Below, piece by piece: positions 9,523 through 18,639 of a stretch of 64,000 bases of DNA. The stretch lies in assembly GCA_018335975.1 (NCBI GenBank), contig JAGXRH010000024.1:30738-94737 (forward strand), written 5' to 3'. Source of the DNA: Ignavibacteriales bacterium (lineage in GTDB: Bacteria; Bacteroidota; Ignavibacteria; UBA10030; F1-140-MAGs086). The notes under the pieces were generated by a model, which made no database searches, was not told the origin of the DNA, and saw only the letters and a program-made list of their open reading frames with translations. The stretch's first letter is position 1. Every line of letters begins with the position of its first letter. A program made the translations under genes and the position numbers.

Positions 9523-11135
9523 TTCTGTTTCAAATGAAAAATTATTTCCGAATATGCTCCCTTATCTTTTTCCGTTCTATTCAACACTGGGCGTTTAAAC
9601 TGATTGACGATTTTCATTCCAGCGTTTTCTGCAATTGTTGGATATAAATTGTATTTATCGTTCGCAACTAAAAATACATCGTAATCATCAATCAAAAACT
9701 TTTTGCAGTTATTTAAAACATCTGCAATTCCTTTTGCGTATAAATTTCTTGCTTCTCTTCCGTTTCCTTTTTCCATCGCGCCGATTTCCAATTCATCTTT
9801 TCTTTCAAAGCCAAACAAATCATAAGCGTACGCGTGTTGTTCGTGGTAATCAATCAAACCAACGTACGGCGGACTTGAAAATATTCCGTTGATTTTTTTC
9901 TTCTTCGCAAGTTTGAACAACTCAACATTTCTCTTTTCCAACTCTTTGAAAATATCAATCGTTCTCGAATCACCCGTCAAACAGTATTGAAATGTATTTG
10001 TGCGAAGCGAATCAAACTTTTCCAAACGCTGAATTGTATCTTTGCTGTAACGTTCCAACCAACTTAAAATCGAGAATAGCGGTTTACAAACTTTTCCGTG
10101 TTTGGCGCAATAATATGTTGATGCAATTGGTTCTTTCAGCGTTGCCAAATCTGCGTGTGTTGTTGCTCGACAAGAACGAATCGTGCGGCTTAAAATTATA
10201 GATACAATTTTTTTCGTGTTTTGATTTTTGATTTTCTTGACAAGATTGAAAACAAATTCTATTTCATTTCGTACGTGTTGCAAATACCATTTATCAAGAA
10301 AACCATCGGCATCTCTTTGTAATAGTTCAATTTCAAATTGTTTCACTAACCTTTTGAAAACGGGAAGAAACTCTTTTGCTTTTTCTTCTCCGTATTTTTC
10401 TTCGTCAATTTCTTTTAAATGAACTTTGCGTTTAAATTCCGGACTTGGGAAATATTTTGTGTTGAATTCTCCTAACTTTTCTAACAATACTTGTTCAAAC
10501 GCAACTGTTTTTGAATCCGCAAGAAAATGTTTTAATGCTATTGTTATCGTTGCGATTTCGTTATGAATATCTTTCAAATCGTACGAGGTAATTTTTACAT
10601 TACTAATCAACACATTGAAAGCAGAAACATCAATTCCGACAGCATGCATTCCTAATTCATTCGCTTGCACTAATGTTGTTCCACTTCCGGCAAACGGGTC
10701 AAGAATAATATCGCCTTTATGAAAATAATTTTGTTTCTTAAACTCGTCCGTGTGTGAATCCAAAAAATATTCTACGAGTTGTGGAATAAATTTTCCTTTA
10801 TACGGATGAAGTCGGTGGACGTGTTTCGTCGTATCGGATTCTTTGTATTGTTCAAACGACAAATGCCAATTCAAATCATCACCGAGTTTACTTTTCCAAT
10901 CAACTTCTCTTTTGCCGTGAAATGATTCGTAATAATTTCTCAAATCATTTCGAGAGATAACTGTTGAACCGTTCTTCCCAATCTTCTTTACTTTTCCGTA
11001 TTGAATTAGATAGGAAATATTGGATTCAGTTACGTTCTTCTTCAAATATTCACTCGCCCACAAACTTGCTTCACGAATGGAAAACAAATCTTTGCCGTAG
11101 AGTTCGGAGTATATGTTACTTTCTTTTACTTTCAT
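9519..11135 (-). CDS. Type II DNA methyltransferase (amino-MTase, alpha class; N4-cytosine or N6-adenine)
   Basis: 538-aa ORF with SAM-binding motif I DPFAGSGTT (around residue 147) and catalytic motif IV SPPY (FSSPPYVGLIDY, around residue 420). A large region between the two motifs resembles a TRD, which is the alpha-class arrangement. Confidence 0.85.
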   Translation of the reverse strand: MKVKESNIYSELYGKDLFSIREASLWASEYLKKNVTESNISYLIQYGKVKKIGKNGSTVISRNDLRNYYESFHGKREVDWKSKLGDDLNWHLSFEQYKESDTTKHVHRLHPYKGKFIPQLVEYFLDSHTDEFKKQNYFHKGDIILDPFAGSGTTLVQANELGMHAVGIDVSAFNVLISNVKITSYDLKDIHNEIATITIALKHFLADSKTVAFEQVLLEKLGEFNTKYFPSPEFKRKVHLKEIDEEKYGEEKAKEFLPVFKRLVKQFEIELLQRDADGFLDKWYLQHVRNEIEFVFNLVKKIKNQNTKKIVSIILSRTIRSCRATTHADLATLKEPIASTYYCAKHGKVCKPLFSILSWLERYSKDTIQRLEKFDSLRTNTFQYCLTGDSRTIDIFKELEKRNVELFKLAKKKKINGIFSSPPYVGLIDYHEQHAYAYDLFGFERKDELEIGAMEKGNGREARNLYAKGIADVLNNCKKFLIDDYDVFLVANDKYNLYPTIAENAGMKIVNQFKRPVLNRTEKDKGAYSEIIFHLKQK

Positions 11136-11204
11136 TTTTATTTACGCGGCGAAAATATACCTAACATCATTCTGAAATAAAACCTTCAACACTTCGGATT
11201 CTTC

Positions 11205-13661
11205 CTAAGGAATCGCTTCGGGACAAAACTCCACGTCATTCACAAATTCTTTTTCGTGTAAAAGATTCTCGCGCATTTTTTCTTTTTCTCTGAACGCTTC
11301 GCGCAACTTTTCTACCGAAAGCACAATTACTTCATTTGTTGCGGGCAAGGAAAATTCCGGTTCAAACTCGTGATTTGCAACGGCGGAAATTGCATCTTTG
11401 ATTGCAAGCCACGTTGCAAGCGCAAGCATAAACGGCGGCTCGGCAACTGCTTTACTTTTGCGAATCGTGTTTTCATTCGGCGCGTTTTGCAAGAGTTGCG
11501 TTCGGAAATCTTTCGGAATATCTTGCACGCCGGGAATTTTATACGTGTCGGGCGAGTGCGTGAGTAAATTTCCTTTCGCGTCCCATTTTATTTCTTCCGT
11601 TGTGCACCAGCCAACACCTTGAATGTAACCGCCTTCCACTTGCCCGATATCAATTTGCGGATTGAGTGAATCGCCGACATCGTGCAAAATATCCGTGCGC
11701 AAAATTGTGTGTTGTCCCGTGAGTGTATCAACAAGAACTTCACTCACACACATTCCAAACGCAAAATAATGAAATGGTTTTCCGCTTCCTTTTTCTTTAT
11801 CGAAATGCACGTTCGGCGTTTTGTAAAATCCCGTTGCACTCAATGGAACTTGTCGCAAATTCATCAACGGCATTGCATCTTCAAATTTAATTTTTCTTTC
11901 CGGATTTTTTTCATCGAAGATAAAATCATTTTCAAATTTGATGGAGTGTTGGAGTGTTGTGGCGAAGCCATCCCTTTGGGAGAGTGATGGATTTTTTTCA
12001 TTCCAATATTTTGCAAGTTCATTCGCAATGCGTTCTTTCAAAATATCAATCGCATTTTTCACTGCCATTCCATTTAAATCTGCGCCAGCAGAAGCCGCAG
12101 TTGCAGATGTGTTCGGCACTTTCGATGTGTTCGTTGCATTAACTTTCACACGCGCCAAACGCACGCCAAATTCCGCCGCCGCAACTTGCTGCATTTTTGT
12201 GTGAAGTCCTTGTCCCATTTCCGTTCCGCCGTGATTGACGAGAATTGTTCCGTCTTTATACACAAGCACAAGCGCGCCGGCTTGATTCAAAAACGAAGTC
12301 GTAAAAGAAATTCCAAACTTCACCGGCGTAAATGCAATTCCTTTTTTGAAAAATTCATTGTGCGAATTAAACTCGTCAACTTCTTTTCTTCGCTGTTCAT
12401 ATTCGGAAGATTTTTTCAACTGCTCATACATTGTAAAGAGATGATTGTTCTCGACAACTTCGCCGTAATGCGTTGTGTTGTTCGTTTCCATTTCCCGAAG
12501 GGACTCATTCGAGCCATAAAAATTTTTGAAACGAATTTCCGCAGAATCTTTTTTCAAATACCGCGCAACTCTATCAATAATATTTTCAATCACTGCCATT
12601 CCTTGCGGACCACCGAATCCGCGAAACGCTGTATTCGATGGAAGATTTGTTTTCCACGCATTTCCCACAACGCGCATGTTGGGAATGTAATACGCATTAT
12701 CCACGTGTAGCATCGCACGCTGTAAAATCGCAAACGATAAATCCGTTGCGCAACCGCCATCTTCATTCAACTCAATGTTTGCGGCGAGAATTTTTCCTTC
12801 ATCATCAAAACCGATTTCATAGTTTGAAAGAAAGCGATGACGTTTGCCCGTGATTATCATATCATCATCGCGGAAGAGACGAATTTTTACGGGACGTTTT
12901 GTCGCGTGAGCAAGCAATGCGCACCAACACGCTACGTGATTTCCTTGCGTTTCTTTTCCACCGAATGCGCCGCCCATTCTTCTCACTTCAACAACGATTT
13001 CATTTTTTCCAACGCCCAATACTTCTGCAATCAACGCTTGTGTTTCCGATGGATGCTGCGTTCCGCTGAAGACATTCATTTCATTGTGTTCGCCGGGAAT
13101 GCACAACGCAACTTGCGATTCGAGATACCAATGCTCTTGCGCGCCGGTTTGTAATTCGCCGGAAATTTTGTGTTGGACAATTTTCAAAATTGTCCTACTG
13201 TCACCTCTCTCAATTTTCATTGGTGCGCCAAGAAGAGAATTATTTTTCATCGCATCTTCGATTGTAAGAATCGGTTCGAGAAGTTCATATTCAACTTTTA
13301 TTTTTTTCTCCGCTTCCAAACATTGTTCTTCCGTTTCTGCGGCGATAAGAAATATTGCTTGCCCAACGCACACAACTTCATTTCCCGCCTCGGCGGACAA
13401 GTCCGCAAGACAAACTTCATCGTGAATAACCGGTCCCATTTGATTATGGCTGGGAATATCTTTGTAACACAACACCGCGTGAACACCGGAAACTTTTTTT
13501 GCTTCATTCACATCAAACGAAATTATTTTTGCGTGTGCGTGCGGAGAATATACAACGCGACCAACTAACAATTGTTGATTGACAAGCATATCATCAATGT
13601 AAATTGCCTCGCCGGAAACGTGAAGCGATGCGGATTCGTGGGGGAAAGGAGCTTGTTTCAT
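11205..13661 (-). CDS. xdhB: Xanthine dehydrogenase / aldehyde oxidase molybdopterin-binding large subunit
   Basis: 818 aa. N-terminal a/b-hammerhead region (HVSGEAIYIDDM...GRVVYSPHAHAKIISFD) plus MoCo-binding domain motifs (GGAFGGKE, FRGFGGPQG...E) fit the XDH/AOR family. xdhA lies 1.6 kb upstream on the same strand. Confidence 0.85.
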   Translation of the reverse strand: MKQAPFPHESASLHVSGEAIYIDDMLVNQQLLVGRVVYSPHAHAKIISFDVNEAKKVSGVHAVLCYKDIPSHNQMGPVIHDEVCLADLSAEAGNEVVCVGQAIFLIAAETEEQCLEAEKKIKVEYELLEPILTIEDAMKNNSLLGAPMKIERGDSRTILKIVQHKISGELQTGAQEHWYLESQVALCIPGEHNEMNVFSGTQHPSETQALIAEVLGVGKNEIVVEVRRMGGAFGGKETQGNHVACWCALLAHATKRPVKIRLFRDDDMIITGKRHRFLSNYEIGFDDEGKILAANIELNEDGGCATDLSFAILQRAMLHVDNAYYIPNMRVVGNAWKTNLPSNTAFRGFGGPQGMAVIENIIDRVARYLKKDSAEIRFKNFYGSNESLREMETNNTTHYGEVVENNHLFTMYEQLKKSSEYEQRRKEVDEFNSHNEFFKKGIAFTPVKFGISFTTSFLNQAGALVLVYKDGTILVNHGGTEMGQGLHTKMQQVAAAEFGVRLARVKVNATNTSKVPNTSATAASAGADLNGMAVKNAIDILKERIANELAKYWNEKNPSLSQRDGFATTLQHSIKFENDFIFDEKNPERKIKFEDAMPLMNLRQVPLSATGFYKTPNVHFDKEKGSGKPFHYFAFGMCVSEVLVDTLTGQHTILRTDILHDVGDSLNPQIDIGQVEGGYIQGVGWCTTEEIKWDAKGNLLTHSPDTYKIPGVQDIPKDFRTQLLQNAPNENTIRKSKAVAEPPFMLALATWLAIKDAISAVANHEFEPEFSLPATNEVIVLSVEKLREAFREKEKMRENLLHEKEFVNDVEFCPEAIP

Positions 13662-13766
13662 AGGTTTTGTATGCTGTATTTCATCTCAGTGTTTCTTTGT
13701 GTTCTAAGCGCCTACGTGGTTTTATTTTTTACCACTAAGACACGAAGAGCACGAAGGTCCACTAAG

Positions 13767-14537
13767 TTAATTTTTCTTCAACGCTTTCGGTAACATTTCT
13801 AAAAACGGCAAACACTTGTCGTAATTTAGTTCGTAGTAATTTACACCGAGATTGATGTTGTTGTAATATTCTTGCTGATGCTCTTTGTAAAATTGTTCGG
13901 AAGAAATTTTCCACGCATTAACTCCAAGAAATTTTGCGAGAAACCATTTTTCCAATAATCGCGCGGCTCGCCCGTTGCCATCTGCAAATGGATGAATGTG
14001 AACAAACTTCAAGTGATATAGTGAGGCAAAGTAAAATGCTTTCTCTGTATTCAATTTCTCTTTCAATATTTTTTTCAGAGAAGCGAAAAACAATTTCATT
14101 TCCTTTTTCACAAGCTCCGGTTCAACTGCGAGATACACTAAACCACTCTCGCTAAATACGCCAATTTTTCCCGTTCGATATTTCCCTCGTTTGCTTTTTA
14201 TTAAATACGTTGCGGAAAGTTTTTCGTGTGCTTGTAAAAAATTCTTTTCTGAAAAAGCATGTACCTTTGCAAACTCGTATGCTTGTTCCAAATCTTTAAT
14301 TTCTTTTTCCATTTTCGTCGCTTTTCGTTTCGCCAATCGAAAATTCATATACGAATTTAAGTCCAGCGGATTTCCCTCAATGTTCGATGAATACACTGCT
14401 GATGAAATGATGTGATACATCAATTCTACTTTCCCATTTTTTAAATCAGCATTCTTCCACAACGCTTCAACATTTTTTCCAATGCGTTTATGATATTCTT
14501 GAAAATATTTTCTGTCGTTTATTTCTGTTGGTTTCAT
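13767..14537 (-). CDS. Fic family protein (AMPylase/adenylyltransferase; class II with N-terminal inhibitory helix)
   Basis: 256 aa. Canonical Fic motif HPFADGNGRAARL. The N-terminal S-x-x-I-E-G-N matches the (S/T)xxxE(G/N) inhibitory motif. Confidence 0.85.
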   Translation of the reverse strand: MKPTEINDRKYFQEYHKRIGKNVEALWKNADLKNGKVELMYHIISSAVYSSNIEGNPLDLNSYMNFRLAKRKATKMEKEIKDLEQAYEFAKVHAFSEKNFLQAHEKLSATYLIKSKRGKYRTGKIGVFSESGLVYLAVEPELVKKEMKLFFASLKKILKEKLNTEKAFYFASLYHLKFVHIHPFADGNGRAARLLEKWFLAKFLGVNAWKISSEQFYKEHQQEYYNNINLGVNYYELNYDKCLPFLEMLPKALKKN

Positions 14538-14548
14538 AAATTTATTTA

Positions 14549-14632
14549 TTCACCACGAATGTCACGAATGAAACACGGATTTGCACGAATTCATCTGTGA
14601 ACATTCGCTAAGTATCCGTGTAATTCGTGGTC
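14549..14632. repeat. Palindromic intergenic repeat, family A, copy 2
   Basis: Sequence ttcaccacgaatgtcacgaatgaaacacggatttgcacgaatt...attcgctaagtatccgtgtaattcgtggtc. The arms are inverted (caccacgaat/attcgtgg; cacggat/atccgtg). It sits between the Fic and TonB-like genes. Confidence 0.5.
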
Positions 14633-14637
14633 AAAAT

Positions 14638-15258
14638 TTATCTCGTCAAATTATACTGCAACGGAAGATTTACCCATACATTTGCCGCTTCGCCGCTGGG
14701 TTTGAGCGGCTGCGTAAATTGCCACAACATTACCGCGTCAATGGATGGCTGCTTAAATTGTTCTTCGTACTCGCGGTACAATTCCACATTGATAGAATCA
14801 TATATGCTTGTGGTTTTTACCCGCGTCACTTCTATTGCGCGCGGATGTCCGTCAATACCGATTAACACTTTCAACATTACCTCCGCTTTTATTCCGTTCA
14901 TTCGCGCGTGTTCGGGAAACACCGGAGGAATTTGTTTTGTTGGCGTGGGCCATTGTTTTAAGGTTGTGAGTTCAACGGTATCAGCGAGTGTTGTTGGGTC
15001 AACGGTTTTTGTTATTTCGTTTGTTGGTTTGTTCGTTTGCTCGCCCACCACGGCTGGTAAATTTGTTTGTTGTTGAACTTGTTGTGTTGTGCGTGTTTCT
15101 GCTTTTTGTTCGGGTTGTTTTGAACAGCTTCCTAGTAAAAACATAGTAGCAAGCAAAAGTTTGCCATATTGAGCGAAGCGAAATTTTCTGAGAAGATTCT
15201 TCGCTTTGCTCAGAATGACATGGCGGAAAAATTTATTTATATAAAAAGTATTTTTCAT
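14638..15258 (-). CDS. TonB C-terminal domain lipoprotein
   Basis: 206-aa ORF with a lipobox LLGSC near the N-terminus and a Pro/Thr/Gln-rich linker. The C-terminus PPVFPEHARMNGIKAEVMLKVLIGIDGHPRAIEVTRV...VMLWQFTQP fits the TonB C-terminal (PxYP...G.eG.V...f.I..dG) pattern. Confidence 0.6.
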   Translation of the reverse strand: MKNTFYINKFFRHVILSKAKNLLRKFRFAQYGKLLLATMFLLGSCSKQPEQKAETRTTQQVQQQTNLPAVVGEQTNKPTNEITKTVDPTTLADTVELTTLKQWPTPTKQIPPVFPEHARMNGIKAEVMLKVLIGIDGHPRAIEVTRVKTTSIYDSINVELYREYEEQFKQPSIDAVMLWQFTQPLKPSGEAANVWVNLPLQYNLTR

Positions 15259-15275
15259 TCCTCATTCCTCATTAT

Positions 15276-16730
15276 TCATTGATTTGTGTCGTTGTAAAAT
15301 TTTAAGAGTAAATTCCTTGATGCAATTGTTCTAAACTCTGCGCTGGAGCGTGCATCGGAGATTGGTGTAAATTCCTTTTCGAGAATTGTCATTGCTTGTT
15401 CAATAATTTTTCTTTCCCATTTTTTGTTGAGAAGAAATTGCTCGGTGTTTGTTGCGCGTTTCGTTCGTTCTGCCATTCCACCAAAACATAATTTTATTTC
15501 TTTCACTTCGTTGTTTCTGTTTAACTCCAAACGAAATCCTCCGCTCAATGTAGAAATATCTAAATCTTTGCGCTTGGAAACTTTATATGATTTTACTTTC
15601 ACTCCATTTTTAAGTTTTGGAATGACGACAGAAGTAATCAATTCATTTTCTTTACGCAATGTTTTTCTATAACCAATAAAATAATCGTCGAGAGCGACTT
15701 CTCGTTTTCCGTTTATGCTTTGCAATACTGTTTTTGCATTATACGCCATTAACACGGGAAGCGTATCGCCAATCGGAGAAGCGGTTCCAAAATTTCCACC
15801 GAGTGTTGCAAGATTTCGGATTTGCTGTGAACCAAACACGGCAAGCATTTCAAACAATGCGGGAAAATCCTTTTCGATTTTTTGTTTTACATCTTCCAAA
15901 CAAATTCCTGAACCAATTCTCGCTTCATTTTTATTTTCAGAAAATGTTTTCAATTCTTCAACGCGCGATAAATCAATTATCTCTTTCAAGAGTTCGTGTT
16001 TCTTCGTTACTCGCAATGCAACATCAGTCGCCCCGTTAATCACAATCGCATTGGGAAAATTATTTTTCAATTCAATTGCTTCATTCAAACTTCTTGGTTG
16101 AAAATAATTTTGTTTCTTTGTTTGTCCGAAGGACTCCGTATGGAGAAGGTGAATTGATTCGTTTGAAATTGATTTGAGAAGTTTCGCGGTTTGTTGTTCG
16201 TGATTTGTAAAATTATCTTTCGTTTCATTCACACACGATTTAGATGCGGCTTCAATAATCGGCTTATAACCCGTACAACGACAAAGATTTCCGGTCAGTG
16301 AATCGTCAATTTCATTTCGCGTAGGATTGTTTTTATTCTTGTATAAGGAAAACAACGACATCATAATTCCCGGCGTGCAAAATCCGCATTGACTTCCACC
16401 TGTTTCAATCATAGCAGTTTGTGTTGGATGAAGTTCGCCATTTTCAGATTTCAAATTTTCCACTGTTATAAGTTGCTTTCCGTGTAGCATCGGAAGAAAC
16501 ACTAAACACGAATCAACTGATTTGTATTTAACTTTTCCATCGCTCGAACATTCGCCAAGTACAACAGTACACGCTCCGCAATCACCTTCAGCGCAACCTT
16601 CTTTCACTCCTTTGTGCGTTGGTAAATCACGAAGATAATTTAAAACTGTCGTCGTCGGTTTGATTTCAGAATTTTGAAAATCGAGCGAAACGATTTTTCC
16701 ATCGAGAATAAATTGTAGTGAATCTTGCAT
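15276..16730 (-). CDS. xdhA: Xanthine dehydrogenase small subunit (2Fe-2S + FAD-binding)
   Basis: 484 aa. The N-terminal plant-type and second 2Fe-2S cysteine clusters are present (GCAEGDCGACTV...; CGFCTPG; CRCTGY). These are followed by a FAD-binding domain (ATLGGNFGTASPIGD). Confidence 0.85.
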   Translation of the reverse strand: MQDSLQFILDGKIVSLDFQNSEIKPTTTVLNYLRDLPTHKGVKEGCAEGDCGACTVVLGECSSDGKVKYKSVDSCLVFLPMLHGKQLITVENLKSENGELHPTQTAMIETGGSQCGFCTPGIMMSLFSLYKNKNNPTRNEIDDSLTGNLCRCTGYKPIIEAASKSCVNETKDNFTNHEQQTAKLLKSISNESIHLLHTESFGQTKKQNYFQPRSLNEAIELKNNFPNAIVINGATDVALRVTKKHELLKEIIDLSRVEELKTFSENKNEARIGSGICLEDVKQKIEKDFPALFEMLAVFGSQQIRNLATLGGNFGTASPIGDTLPVLMAYNAKTVLQSINGKREVALDDYFIGYRKTLRKENELITSVVIPKLKNGVKVKSYKVSKRKDLDISTLSGGFRLELNRNNEVKEIKLCFGGMAERTKRATNTEQFLLNKKWERKIIEQAMTILEKEFTPISDARSSAEFRTIASRNLLLKFYNDTNQ

Positions 16731-16795
16731 TTTTCTTTTTGTTGATTAAAAGCGGGGAAAAATTACAAAAAAAACCTTAAAGCATTTTTGTTTTC

Positions 16796-16826
16796 GCTAA
16801 TGAATGAAAATGGTTATCTTCATTCC
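16796..16826. promoter_or_regulatory. Inverted repeat GAATGAA-N10-TTCATTC in the divergent xdhA / bacilliredoxin intergenic region (possible operator)
   Basis: Sequence ctaatgaatgaaaatggttatcttcattccc lies between the divergently transcribed xdhA (-) and brx-like (+) genes. A 7-bp perfect inverted repeat with a 10-nt spacer is the size expected for a dimeric regulator site. No regulator gene is identified. Confidence 0.25.
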
Positions 16827-16852
16827 CAAAATTTAACACGAAAGAAAAAACT

Positions 16853-17278
16853 ATGTACCCAGAAGAACTCCTCCAACCGATGCGAAACGAAGTCGCCTCG
16901 CTCGGTATTAAAGAAGTAAAAACTGCCGCCGCAGTTGACGAAGAAATAAAAAACTCAACAGGAACAGTATTTGTTTTTGTCAATTCCGTTTGCGGATGTT
17001 CCGCAGGCTCAGCGCGACCGGCATTGAAACTTGCACTCAATCAACCAATTCGTCCCGATAAACTCCTCACAGTATTTGCCGGACAAGATGTGGAAGCGAC
17101 TATTCAGGCGCGGAAATATTTTACCGGATTTCCTCCTTCATCACCCTCGATGTGGTTGCTGCGCGACGGAAAAGTTGTGCACGCAGTCGAACGCAGGCAG
17201 ATAGAAGGAAGACCGCCGCAAATGATAGCCGACCATTTGATTGAAACATTCAAAGAATATTGTGAAGTCGCTGCGTAA
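16853..17278 (+). CDS. Bacilliredoxin (YphP/YqiW, BrxA/BrxB family, DUF1094) thiol-disulfide oxidoreductase
   Basis: 141-aa protein that aligns along its length with B. subtilis YphP. Matching segments are QPMRNEV, the CGC active site (VNSVCGCSAG), LTVFAGQD and PPSSPSMWLL. Confidence 0.8.
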   Translation: MYPEELLQPMRNEVASLGIKEVKTAAAVDEEIKNSTGTVFVFVNSVCGCSAGSARPALKLALNQPIRPDKLLTVFAGQDVEATIQARKYFTGFPPSSPSMWLLRDGKVVHAVERRQIEGRPPQMIADHLIETFKEYCEVAA

Positions 17279-17297
17279 CAATCCTTTCATTCTTCTC

Positions 17298-17334
17298 AAT
17301 GCCGAATTTTTTTAAGTTCGGCATTTTCTTTTTA
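17298..17334 (+). terminator. Rho-independent terminator after the bacilliredoxin gene
   Basis: Hairpin aatgccgaa-tttttttaag-ttcggcatt followed by TTCTTTTT. Confidence 0.55.
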
Positions 17335-17394
17335 TAACCGTTTAAACTTTCTCCCGACTTGATTCGTCTAACTTCTGGAATTTGAAAATAAATT

Positions 17395-18006
17395 GTGGCG
17401 CAAACCAACACATTGCTCGAAGAAAAAACACTGCAAACGAAAACTAAACCGAGCGATTCGGAATTAGTTACCGCATTTCAACGCGGTGATATTGTTGGCT
17501 TCAATGAACTTGTGCGCCGCTATCAGGAAAAAGTGTACTGGATTGCACGCCGCATTGTTATTGACCACGACGATGCCGACGATGTTACACAAGATGTTTT
17601 TGTAAAAGTGTACGGTGCGCTGAAAAATTTTCGACAAGAATCGGAATTTTACACGTGGATTTACAGAATAACAACAAACATATCGCTGAATCACATTCGC
17701 GGAAAGAAAGTAAAGCAATTTTTCCGCATTGACGATGAAAGCGAAGATGCACAGGCAATTGAAATAAAAGACGAATCCTCACTTCCCGATGCAATGCTCG
17801 AACAAAAAGAAATGAAAACGATGATTGAAAAAGCAGTAGAGAAACTTCCGAAACAACAAAAACTCGTTTTCATAATGCGTTACTACGACGAACTATCGTA
17901 TGACGAAATTTCGAAACAACTAAAAATTTCTATTGGTGGTTTGAAAGCAAATTATTTTCACGCACTCAAAAAAATCCAAAAGTATCTCGAATATGCAATG
18001 CAATGA
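17395..18006 (+). CDS. RNA polymerase sigma-70 factor, ECF subfamily
   Basis: 203 aa. Region 2 (YWIARRIVIDHDDADDVTQDVFVKVY) and region 4 (LPKQQKLVFIMRYYDELSYDEISKQLKISIGGLK) are typical ECF sigma signatures. Confidence 0.9.
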   Translation: MAQTNTLLEEKTLQTKTKPSDSELVTAFQRGDIVGFNELVRRYQEKVYWIARRIVIDHDDADDVTQDVFVKVYGALKNFRQESEFYTWIYRITTNISLNHIRGKKVKQFFRIDDESEDAQAIEIKDESSLPDAMLEQKEMKTMIEKAVEKLPKQQKLVFIMRYYDELSYDEISKQLKISIGGLKANYFHALKKIQKYLEYAMQ

Positions 18007-18622
18007 AATCAAACTTCTTTTGCCCGATTGGGTCAAAGAGAAAGAACATAACACGAGTCACATAATTATTCAGCAACATCTTATGACGTGTCAGAACTGT
18101 ACTAACGAAGCAGAAGCGATGGAGCAGTTATTTTCCCGGATTGATAACGATAAACAATACGTTCCGACACAACAATACTTTACCAATTTGCTGCCACACA
18201 TTCATCAACGTATTGAGCGAAAAAGAAAACAAAAATATTACTGGCGGATTTTCCAGATTGCTACTCCGGTCGTTGCGTTGTTCGTGTTGTTTTTTATCAG
18301 TCCGAAATTTTCTTCTGAACAAACGTTTACGATTGAAAACGCCGTTGAAGGAATAATTCAATCGAGCGATACCGACGAACTTCGGGATTTTGCCAGCACA
18401 ATGTTGACTGAAGATTATTCTCTCCCCGTGCTTCAACATCATGATATTCTTTCGCAGGAAGACAAAAATGTTGTCGAAGCGTTAGTTGCCGAAAACCCGC
18501 AAAACGCCCAACGTTACCTGCGTTCATTAGAATCAGACGACGCACCATCGTTACTGCAATGCACCGACGAGGAAGCAGAACAAATTGCACTTCAATTAGA
18601 GAAAAATTTTTCACCACAATAA
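17993..18622 (+). CDS. Putative anti-sigma factor (zinc-finger type) cognate to the ECF sigma
   Basis: It overlaps the sigma gene end by 14 nt. The N-terminal H-x3-C-x2-C-like motif (HLMTCQNC) is followed by a single TM helix (IATPVVALFVLFFI), the usual anti-sigma architecture. Confidence 0.5.
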   Translation: MQCNEIKLLLPDWVKEKEHNTSHIIIQQHLMTCQNCTNEAEAMEQLFSRIDNDKQYVPTQQYFTNLLPHIHQRIERKRKQKYYWRIFQIATPVVALFVLFFISPKFSSEQTFTIENAVEGIIQSSDTDELRDFASTMLTEDYSLPVLQHHDILSQEDKNVVEALVAENPQNAQRYLRSLESDDAPSLLQCTDEEAEQIALQLEKNFSPQ

Positions 18623-18639
18623 ATTAGAAAGAAACTCCT

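Noticed and set aside
11370-13568. Multiple 60-170 aa ORFs on the + strand inside xdhB
   Set aside because: They lie entirely inside a well-supported 818-aa XdhB gene on the opposite strand. Their products are low-complexity with no motifs. They are typical antisense ORFs.
13680-13766. Short direct repeat ccactaag ... ccactaag and cacgaag motifs between the xdhB start and the Fic stop
   Set aside because: It is too short and imperfect to call a repeat-family member. It may be a degenerate family A remnant but cannot be supported.
14627-15076. 149-aa Cys-rich ORF on the + strand opposite the TonB-like gene
   Set aside because: It is antisense to an ORF with a lipobox and a TonB C-terminal domain. 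Its Cys/Ser/Val richness reflects the reverse complement of the Pro/Thr/Gln-rich linker.
16777-17040. 87-aa ORF on the minus strand overlapping the bacilliredoxin gene
   Set aside because: The opposite-strand protein aligns convincingly with B. subtilis YphP along its length. The antisense ORF has no features.
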